From the IMG/VR virus record IMGVR_UViG_3300045988_147522: a DNA stretch of 64,000 nt; one strand, written 5' to 3'. Position numbers and translations under genes: made by a program. A model generated the notes under the pieces. It worked only from the letters and a program-made list of their open reading frames with translations. It was not told the origin of the DNA and searched no databases. The stretch is from a virus. Shown here in pieces: positions 53,538 through 61,128 of this stretch (position 1 is its first letter; each line of letters begins with the position of its first letter).

Positions 53538-55054
53538 TACTCTTCGTCTCTTTCCTGAGCAATTTCACCGTTGTCACTGATTTCTCCTAAATCTTTGGTT
53601 GGTGCTCCCGCTTCTCCATTGCTATCCGCTGCCTTTGTACTCTGTGTAGCTGAACTGCTCAATGGAACAAACTTATCGGGAATGCCCATAATAGAGTTTT
53701 CCAAAAAGTGCATACTGTCAATATCTGACTGGTTAAGTCCTTGTGATGCACAATAATACGAAACCATCGGCAATCCGTATTGGCAGGCTTTTAGATACGA
53801 GTCGCCAGCTTCTTTACGATTGAAACGACTTACATCCAAAAATGATATCTTAAACATTTTTCCATGTGAGAGAGTATGAATGTAACGATTAAGCATCTTT
53901 TCAATGCTTAACACAATTCCATAAGTAATTGCTTGGTCGGCTTTTATAGATAAAAGCAAAGCATTTGACGATGCTTTTGCGTTGTTAAATAGAAGACTCG
54001 AAACACCTGCTGCCGTAAAAAGATGATTCTCTGCGTCTGCTACATTGTCTACATCAGAGGTGTTTGCATGATTAAAGCTAATCTTCTCAACCGGCATTGG
54101 AGTTAAAACTGATCCTACTTCATTTGGCAGTACGGAATCTAAGTTTCTCCATATATCTTTAGCCATTTCATAATCCATAGGAAATGAGCCGTCATCATTC
54201 ATTAACAGTTTCATTACCAGTAACGCATAATTCTCGATTTCGGTTTGTGTCAAATTGAGCTGCTTATAGTCTTCAACTTCATACAATTCACGCAAAAGTC
54301 CAACAAAAGGAGGCACTGGATAACTTAAAATATCTTTATTACATTTGATTGCAAAAGATGTCGGAGCATCCAATAACTGCCACTTATATTGTGTACTGTC
54401 TTGCTTATATAAATTATATTTAGTTGTAAATTCAACAGGGTATAGAGGCAGTAATTCTGACCTCGAATCAAAATACTGAAAATTAAATGAAACATCCAAT
54501 ACACCATCTTGAATGGACGCTATGTCACAATAATCAGAGGGAAGTTGCTGAATCATAATATTATCTTTGGTTGCCCTCATAGTTCCATAGAACACATCTT
54601 CTCGTAAGCACACGGTTAAGATAGTATCAAATGAGCTTTTAATGTTAAACCCATCTAATGTATGCAAAATCTTTGTGTAATTTTTCTTAATCTTTTTTGT
54701 ATCTGACACACTTGATATATCTACATTGTATGGAGACACAATATAAGACAAGTCTGTCAATCCAACAAAATACTGGATAATTCTACGAAAGTGTGAACTC
54801 GCCGAATACATATAGATAACCGCATTGCGTAACTGTGCTTGATATCTGTATGGATTGGACAAATATGTATTGATTTCGTCTTTTGTGTACAGAAAAAAGG
54901 AAGGTGTGTTTCTATCATTGTTTAGGTCTCGAAACACAAGCTGATTTAAAGCAGCAAATTTTTGCTGAGTTGTTTTTATCTGCTCTTTATATTTTTTATC
55001 ATCTTCTGTTCGTTGCTTCTCAGTATGAATTTCTACACTATCAATCTTATTCAT
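53537..55054 (-). CDS. portal protein
   Basis: 505 aa immediately after the large terminase, with an acidic C-terminal tail. Confidence 0.65.
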   Translation of the reverse strand: MNKIDSVEIHTEKQRTEDDKKYKEQIKTTQQKFAALNQLVFRDLNNDRNTPSFFLYTKDEINTYLSNPYRYQAQLRNAVIYMYSASSHFRRIIQYFVGLTDLSYIVSPYNVDISSVSDTKKIKKNYTKILHTLDGFNIKSSFDTILTVCLREDVFYGTMRATKDNIMIQQLPSDYCDIASIQDGVLDVSFNFQYFDSRSELLPLYPVEFTTKYNLYKQDSTQYKWQLLDAPTSFAIKCNKDILSYPVPPFVGLLRELYEVEDYKQLNLTQTEIENYALLVMKLLMNDDGSFPMDYEMAKDIWRNLDSVLPNEVGSVLTPMPVEKISFNHANTSDVDNVADAENHLFTAAGVSSLLFNNAKASSNALLLSIKADQAITYGIVLSIEKMLNRYIHTLSHGKMFKISFLDVSRFNRKEAGDSYLKACQYGLPMVSYYCASQGLNQSDIDSMHFLENSIMGIPDKFVPLSSSATQSTKAADSNGEAGAPTKDLGEISDNGEIAQERDEE

Positions 55055-55071
55055 TTTTCACACCCTTTCTT

Positions 55072-56919
55072 TTAACGGTACTTATACATGTCTGGTGCTC
55101 TAAACACAAAAAAGTCTTTTGCTGAATAGATCGTGTTGCCTTTTTGTCGTATACTATCTTCAATTTTTCTTGCTACATAATAGTTGTAAGACAAACTTGA
55201 AAAACGGTCTTTTCGCATACCAGACATTTCTTTAACTTTAATAAGTTTATTGTTTTCTTCAATGTTGAGCTTTACTAATTCATTAACCAATAGCGTGGTA
55301 TTTATATACTGCTTAATGATTTTTGTTCGCTCAATAGGACTAAGATTACTATATCCTTTAATATCATTAAGGCAGGTTTCTGCATCAAACTCATTTATGA
55401 GTAATTTAATACGACCAGACTTAAACCCTTCTCTTAAGGCTAATGCACAGTCTGAGTTAAATTTAGCACCTGCTTTAATTGCCCAAATAACTTTTGGAGC
55501 AGATTTATCTTTACAACGACTTGCCATATCTGGGTTGTTACAGCAAGATAATGGGGGATAAACCACACCAGTTTCAGTGTCTTTAATTTCTTCCACCAAA
55601 GCATCGTATACACCAGAGCCAACACCGTTCGCATCAATGACTATATAATCACAATCAAATTGTTCATATAATTTTCGCACAATCAATGCTTGCACTCTTG
55701 TTAGTTCGCCCTCAAGTGTGTCGCTGTATATGATATTATGAACAAATCTACCGCCTTTTTGCTTCTGAGGTACACAGCTATTGATAAAAATAGCAGAAGC
55801 GTCATTCTTGTGTTTTGTTGTTGTTGCCATAAGCGCAATATCAATTGACAAAATACGCTTTTCATCGTGTTGCTTAGGCGGAATAATTAGTTTTTTATCT
55901 CCTGCCAGCCTACTATAATCGGGCGGCAACCAAGGATATTTTATTGTTCGTGTCTGATTAATAACAGGATATTCATAGAAGCTACCTTCAAAATCACCAT
56001 AGAACAAACAATCCATTTCCATTGACCATGACACTTCATTGTAATCTGATTCAGCCATATCATCCTCGACTTGTTCTCTCATAAGCAGACCTTCTCTAAT
56101 TGCAAGCTGATACGGAAAACCACATATAAAACATTTTTTACTATCGTCTAACATAGTAGCCGCATAACCCTTTGCTTTTGCGTAAGACCAATGAGAACAA
56201 AACCACGCTGAAGACATATAAATTTCCTTGTTTCTCTCTTGGTATTCTGGTTTTACATGCCAACTGCCATCTGGTCTTTGATATTGATATTTTTTAAGTT
56301 TGAAAAATCCGGGTTGTCTGGGATTCGATAAGAATTTTTTCAATACGGTTTGAATGACATCCTTTGATACCATTCTAAATTCATCGGTAATAAGAATATT
56401 TGCTCTTGCACCTCTGGCAGAGTCTCTCGAAGTTACTACCAATATTTTTGATGTATTCCTAAATTTGATTTCGCCTTTTTCACCTGTAATACTCCAAGAT
56501 TCAATTTCAGCTCTCAAATTAGGGGCACCGGGCATAATAAGATTTATAATCTTGTCCAAAACTAAATTAGCCTGTTTTCTGTTACCAGATGCAATACATA
56601 TTGTTGTTCCCGGATATAAAATACATCTAACAACGCAAAAAATAGCAACCAAAAATGTTTTACCCAAGCCTCGACAGGCTAAAAACATAAACTGGTTGCA
56701 TATATTCATAAAACATATAAGTATAGATTGAAATGGTTTTAGAATAATATTTAGATAATCTTCAACAAAGTGTTCTGGGTGTTCTCTGTAGTATCCAGTT
56801 ACCGTGTTTACTTTGTCCATTGTTTCTTGCCGTTGTTCTTTGATTCGGTCTTTGGTTGTAACCGAACTTGTACTATAAATACTGTCAGTCTGTGTTGATG
56901 TCATCGGCATCACCGCCAT
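55072..56919 (-). CDS. terL: terminase large subunit
   Basis: Walker A CRGLGKTF, Walker B ANILITDEF, C-terminal RNaseH-like nuclease half. Confidence 0.8.
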   Translation of the reverse strand: MAVMPMTSTQTDSIYSTSSVTTKDRIKEQRQETMDKVNTVTGYYREHPEHFVEDYLNIILKPFQSILICFMNICNQFMFLACRGLGKTFLVAIFCVVRCILYPGTTICIASGNRKQANLVLDKIINLIMPGAPNLRAEIESWSITGEKGEIKFRNTSKILVVTSRDSARGARANILITDEFRMVSKDVIQTVLKKFLSNPRQPGFFKLKKYQYQRPDGSWHVKPEYQERNKEIYMSSAWFCSHWSYAKAKGYAATMLDDSKKCFICGFPYQLAIREGLLMREQVEDDMAESDYNEVSWSMEMDCLFYGDFEGSFYEYPVINQTRTIKYPWLPPDYSRLAGDKKLIIPPKQHDEKRILSIDIALMATTTKHKNDASAIFINSCVPQKQKGGRFVHNIIYSDTLEGELTRVQALIVRKLYEQFDCDYIVIDANGVGSGVYDALVEEIKDTETGVVYPPLSCCNNPDMASRCKDKSAPKVIWAIKAGAKFNSDCALALREGFKSGRIKLLINEFDAETCLNDIKGYSNLSPIERTKIIKQYINTTLLVNELVKLNIEENNKLIKVKEMSGMRKDRFSSLSYNYYVARKIEDSIRQKGNTIYSAKDFFVFRAPDMYKYR

Positions 56920-57985
56920 CCTTGTCAGAAGGTGCGGTCTTTAATGCTTCCGCAAATACCGACTCAAAAATAGCTTCATCATCTTCACCAGCGTATTCTG
57001 GACGCTCAACCCTATACCTATTCATTTCTTCTTCGTACATATGAGCGTATCTGTTATGTATTTTTAGCATTTTACACAAATGTCCGAGAAAATAAGTTGT
57101 AATATACCAAATTAACTGATTCTTGTTTTTACACTCATCTATAGGTTTTCGCTCTTCATATTTTTTTATTAATACACCAAAAGTGTTTGTTTCAGCTAAG
57201 TCACTTTCTTTTGTCTGGTTAGGTGATATTCCTAACTTGGTCATAATGTTACCCATGCTTGTCTGTAGCGAATCAATTTTTTCGTTATGTTGATTTGCCT
57301 CTGAGATTCTTAAATCTGTAATGCATAACTGTTTGTATAACACTTGTTGTTCAACTGTTAAATTGTGATTGTCCTTAGTGAGTTTTTTGTATAGTGACTT
57401 AAGATTAGCATAACTATAGGCTGGATAGCCATATCCCCAAAAGGCTTCGTCTGCGGGAGTTATGCCTAATCTAACTTTTAACTCATCTTCGCTTTCCCCA
57501 CTACCACCAAAATTTAAAGCACCTGACGGCACAGAATCTATCACATCGTCCTCTGTAGCACTTCCTTCTTTGACCTTTTTGAACTTTAATTCTTCTTCGT
57601 CCAGAGTATCGTCAAAAGTTTTGCCTGAGTATTTTAATAAGTTTGCCTTTTCCATATAGGCTCTAAATCTTGGACGAGATGAACTGGTGTCTCCTAACAG
57701 AGCGTATATCTCAGGAGACCAGTAAACATCAAAGTGTAAACACACCCGCCTTAAAGCTTTCTCTTCGCTTCCAAAAACTTCTCGATAGTGATTATATAAT
57801 TCATCTACGCAATCTTTACATACTGGGAAAAACTTTCCGTCGCCTTGCCATAATGGAGAAGAACCTCTTGAAAATGCTTTGGCTCTTTGAGACTCTGTAA
57901 ATTCCTTTTTGCATTTCTTGCAGCGGTATACCGGTTTAAAGTCAATACTTTTTTTTGGTGGAGCGATTTTACTAACTTTAGGCAA
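56885..57985 (-). CDS. zinc-ribbon DNA-packaging-associated protein (possible small terminase)
   Basis: CKKCKK...CKDC N-terminus, directly upstream of and overlapping terL. Confidence 0.35.
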   Translation of the reverse strand: MPKVSKIAPPKKSIDFKPVYRCKKCKKEFTESQRAKAFSRGSSPLWQGDGKFFPVCKDCVDELYNHYREVFGSEEKALRRVCLHFDVYWSPEIYALLGDTSSSRPRFRAYMEKANLLKYSGKTFDDTLDEEELKFKKVKEGSATEDDVIDSVPSGALNFGGSGESEDELKVRLGITPADEAFWGYGYPAYSYANLKSLYKKLTKDNHNLTVEQQVLYKQLCITDLRISEANQHNEKIDSLQTSMGNIMTKLGISPNQTKESDLAETNTFGVLIKKYEERKPIDECKNKNQLIWYITTYFLGHLCKMLKIHNRYAHMYEEEMNRYRVERPEYAGEDDEAIFESVFAEALKTAPSDKDGGDADDINTD

Positions 57986-57989
57986 AGAA

Positions 57990-58274
57990 TCACTCCTTAT
58001 CGTGATTTAATTGTGTGTTTAAAGACAAGGACGCTGTAAATTTTGCACATCTTGATGCTTCGATGTTGATAATTTCGTGCGTGATAGGATTTGTCCCTCT
58101 TCGAGCCTTGCCCTCATTAACATAAAAAGTACCAAATTTGTGTATCTGTACGGGTTGACCAGTACATAACATTTCTGCAACGCAATCAAAAACATCTTTG
58201 ATTACTTCTTTTGCGTCCTTTTTTGTGTAGCCTTTATCGGCTAACATACTAATTAGTTCTGTTGTTTGTGCCAT
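57990..58274 (-). CDS. HU/IHF-family DNA-binding protein
   Basis: ELISMLADKGYTKKDAKEVIKDVFDCVAE...FGTFYVNEGKARRGTNPITHEIINIEASRCAKFTAS. Confidence 0.8.
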   Translation of the reverse strand: MAQTTELISMLADKGYTKKDAKEVIKDVFDCVAEMLCTGQPVQIHKFGTFYVNEGKARRGTNPITHEIINIEASRCAKFTASLSLNTQLNHDKE

Positions 58275-58301
58275 TATTTCTCCGTTTCTTCCGTGTGCAG
58301 T

Positions 58302-59309
58302 TTAAATGTTGCACTTGTCTTTATTCGCTTGTAATTTACTCTTATCTTCTTTGATATAAAACCTACGAGTAACATCCGTGCTTTTGTGATTAAGCAACAC
58401 TGATACCTCTTCAAGCGACATACCAGCATTTTTATATGCTGTTGCTCCGCTATGTCTAAAATCATGAGGATGTAATGTTGGAACTCCAATCATTTGACCA
58501 ATCTTTTTACAATAGTCGCTTAGTGTTGATACTGTCGCAGGAGTGCAAGAACCACTCTTTCTATGAGCTGATACAAAAACATAGCCACCATCTTCAATAT
58601 TGTTCTCTGTTCTGTATTGTTTTAGATTTAGCAAATATTCTTTAGCTTCTTCGCTAAAGAACAATTCAACAAGATATCCTTCTTTTTCAAGAACATCTTT
58701 AGCCACACGACTATCAAAATCAAGCTGTTCCCATCTGATGTTTGCAATGGCATTTATTCTTGCCATTGTGGTCAGCGAAAAGATAGCATATGCTTGCATT
58801 GTAAGTGCTTCGTAATACTGCGTGGGCTTAGTTTTTCTTTGCTCCTTAGCCTTTTCAACATTCTCTTGTAGCTTTTCTCTCATAAACTGAATTTGCTGTG
58901 TAGTAAGAAATGTTTGTGCAACAACCGCCTGACCTTCTTTTGGTCTATCTATAAAACTCATTGGGTTCTCGTCAATCAATCTCTTTTTCTTTAAAAATAA
59001 AAAGAATGCCGATATACTTGACATTCTTCTCTTAATACGATTTGTATTATTGCCCTGATCTTTGCAATAAACGATAAACTCAGAAATATCTGAATCATCA
59101 ATCTCTTTAACTGATTTATTGTCTTGATAATCGTATATATAAATCCACCAGTTAGCTAAATCGTTATAATAATTATAAATTGTCTTTTCCGAAAGTTCTC
59201 TGATTTTCATATCTAATAAATATTTATGATATAGTTTGAGTGTTTCGGGATTGATTTTTTTTAGCTTCTCTTGATTTAACATACATATTCGTTCACTTCG
59301 CTTCGGCAT
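58302..59309 (-). CDS. second tyrosine recombinase (XerC/D-like)
   Basis: SAM-like N-domain. ARINAIANIRWEQL (R), HPHDFRHSGAT (HxxR), LLNHKSTDVTRRFY (H..Y). Confidence 0.8.
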   Translation of the reverse strand: MPKRSERICMLNQEKLKKINPETLKLYHKYLLDMKIRELSEKTIYNYYNDLANWWIYIYDYQDNKSVKEIDDSDISEFIVYCKDQGNNTNRIKRRMSSISAFFLFLKKKRLIDENPMSFIDRPKEGQAVVAQTFLTTQQIQFMREKLQENVEKAKEQRKTKPTQYYEALTMQAYAIFSLTTMARINAIANIRWEQLDFDSRVAKDVLEKEGYLVELFFSEEAKEYLLNLKQYRTENNIEDGGYVFVSAHRKSGSCTPATVSTLSDYCKKIGQMIGVPTLHPHDFRHSGATAYKNAGMSLEEVSVLLNHKSTDVTRRFYIKEDKSKLQANKDKCNI

Positions 59310-59319
59310 ATTTCACCAC

Positions 59320-59646
59320 CTACTCAAAAATAATATTCACTGCGTCTCCTTCTATGTATTTAACATATTGACAAAAGAAACGAAGAGATCTACGTATTGC
59401 CGAAAGTCTTTGATAAGACACTCCTCGTTCGTGTCTCATATATTTAATAAAGTTATTGATGTCTTCACTTGTACACTTCGTAAAAGACTTATTTTTGTTA
59501 AAATGCCATAGCCACTTAAGAAACATCCGTGTGTCGTCAACATAATGCTTTACAGTGGCAGGAGAGTACGGTTCATAACTCAAATATGTTTCAAAGTTAT
59601 CCATTAGTTCTTGGTTATATGCACACATTTTTTCTTTATTAAACAT
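59320..59646 (-). CDS. stand-alone integrase SAM-like (core-binding) domain protein
   Basis: YSPATVKHYVDDTRMFLKWL...INNFIKYMRHERGVSYQRLSAIRRSLRFFCQYV. No catalytic domain. Confidence 0.55.
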   Translation of the reverse strand: MFNKEKMCAYNQELMDNFETYLSYEPYSPATVKHYVDDTRMFLKWLWHFNKNKSFTKCTSEDINNFIKYMRHERGVSYQRLSAIRRSLRFFCQYVKYIEGDAVNIIFE

Positions 59647-59658
59647 ATAACCACATCC

Positions 59659-60768
59659 TTAATTTAGAGACATAAGTTTGGTTTTCTCACGAATAGCGTG
59701 ACCGTGCTCATCGAAACACATATATACAAATCCTTCTTTCTGAGAATTAACCAATCTTCCTTCGCTATATTTCATTTTTCTTGTTTCACAACAAGCACCC
59801 TGTTCATAGATTGCAGAATTTCCGATGACATAATACCCTTGACGATGAGTATGAGCCATAACAATATTTCTAAAATCAAATCCCTCGTTGCGAAAATAAT
59901 ACAAAGCTTTTTCTGCGGTTTTAAGCATTACCGAAGAGTATGCTCGTGGATGGCAAAATATTGTATCGCCAAACTGAGAGTACCATTTGCCTGTAAATTC
60001 AATTTCAATGTTACTATCTTTGAACACATGCGTCAGGGGAGAATACTCAGTCTTCGTTCCTATTTCGTTGTCATAATCAATAAATCCGTCTGTGAAAATA
60101 TAATCAAGTACAGATGACGGCATTATGTCACATAATTCACTGTTTGTCTTTTTTGCAATATAATCACCTATTCTCAAATCGTGATTGCCGTTGTTTGCAA
60201 TTACCTTTTTGGGATTCAGCAAATGAATCAGGTCAATTAAATATTGTCTTGCTCTGATAAGTTCTTTGGTTATACTTACATATTTCGACTTATTCGTAAA
60301 TTTTGATAACTGGGCGCAATCTACAAGGTCTCCGTTTAATTGCAATATATCTACACGACCTATGTATTTCTCAAATGTGCTAAGAGGCTTACAATAAGGA
60401 AAATGCAAATCCGATACTGAAAGAACTCTCGTGCTTACATTATCTTGATTTTTATAATTATAATAGTCATACACACCTGACGCATATTTTCTAAAGTGGT
60501 CAGATGATACGCTCTCACCAAGCAGGTTTACAATTTGAGACCATTTCAAAGGAAATTTTGTGCCATTTAGCTCTCCGTTCTTTTTAGCTACTATTAGCCT
60601 GATTTTCCATTCCTCGTGGGTTTCGTCTGGTCGCTGTAAACACCAATTGTCTATATATTTATTTGTGTTAGCTTTCTGCATAGTAAGACGCTCAACCCTT
60701 TCGTCTCTGCTTAGAGGCACGATTTTTTGCTTTAAGTATTTTAGCTGCCTCAATATTTGTGTCTGCAA
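59659..60768 (-). CDS. calcineurin-like metallophosphoesterase
   Basis: VSDLHFP, NGDLVD, GNHD, AHTH motifs. The true start is uncertain (TTG 60768 without an SD, or ATG 60681). Confidence 0.7.
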   Translation of the reverse strand: MQTQILRQLKYLKQKIVPLSRDERVERLTMQKANTNKYIDNWCLQRPDETHEEWKIRLIVAKKNGELNGTKFPLKWSQIVNLLGESVSSDHFRKYASGVYDYYNYKNQDNVSTRVLSVSDLHFPYCKPLSTFEKYIGRVDILQLNGDLVDCAQLSKFTNKSKYVSITKELIRARQYLIDLIHLLNPKKVIANNGNHDLRIGDYIAKKTNSELCDIMPSSVLDYIFTDGFIDYDNEIGTKTEYSPLTHVFKDSNIEIEFTGKWYSQFGDTIFCHPRAYSSVMLKTAEKALYYFRNEGFDFRNIVMAHTHRQGYYVIGNSAIYEQGACCETRKMKYSEGRLVNSQKEGFVYMCFDEHGHAIREKTKLMSLN

Positions 60769-60907
60769 TCAAACAGAGATATTCGGTCACTTCTGGTAAA
60801 TATCTTCTGTGTCTTTTTGCAGGCTTTCCTCGTCCTGTCTGGGGAATCCATACATCAGGAAACTCTGAGCGTATAATCTGACTCTCTTTTTTTGTGATTG
60901 TAATAAT
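60692..60907 (-). CDS. 71-aa basic, possibly HTH protein with a proposed ATT start
   Basis: Open frame from a TAA within the SD region. AAGGAG, then 8 nt, then ATT (60907). ...WIPQTGRGKPAKRHRRYLPEVTEYLCLIADTNIEAAKILKAKNRASKQRRKG. Not in the ORF track because there is no canonical start. Confidence 0.35.
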   Translation of the reverse strand: MITITKKESQIIRSEFPDVWIPQTGRGKPAKRHRRYLPEVTEYLCLIADTNIEAAKILKAKNRASKQRRKG

Positions 60908-60937
60908 TGTAAAAACTCCTTAAATTCAATTTATCAC

Positions 60938-60966
60938 TTGACTTGCAATGCAAGAAATGATAGTAT
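60938..60966 (+). promoter_or_regulatory. promoter P3 (TTGACT-17-TAGTAT) with a palindromic operator in the spacer
   Basis: TTGACT 60938-60943 and TAGTAT 60961-60966. The spacer holds CTTGCA-A-TGCAAG. Confidence 0.4.
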
Positions 60967-61080
60967 ATTATGGGGTATTGTGTTTAGTCCCCCTATACAG
61001 CCTAACTCGCAAGACAAAAAACCGCATAAAATTCGAGGTTTTTGGGTGTCAGAATGGTAAAAAAAGGCGGGAAGTACCCC

Positions 61081-61121
61081 AAAATTGCAAAAAATCACCC
61101 CGATTATGACTATAATCGGGG
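61081..61121 (-). terminator. intrinsic terminator of the RNAP-like gene
   Basis: CCCCGATTAT-agtc-ATAATCGGGG followed by a T-run on the minus strand, 8 nt after the stop. Confidence 0.7.
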
Positions 61122-61128
61122 CAAAATT

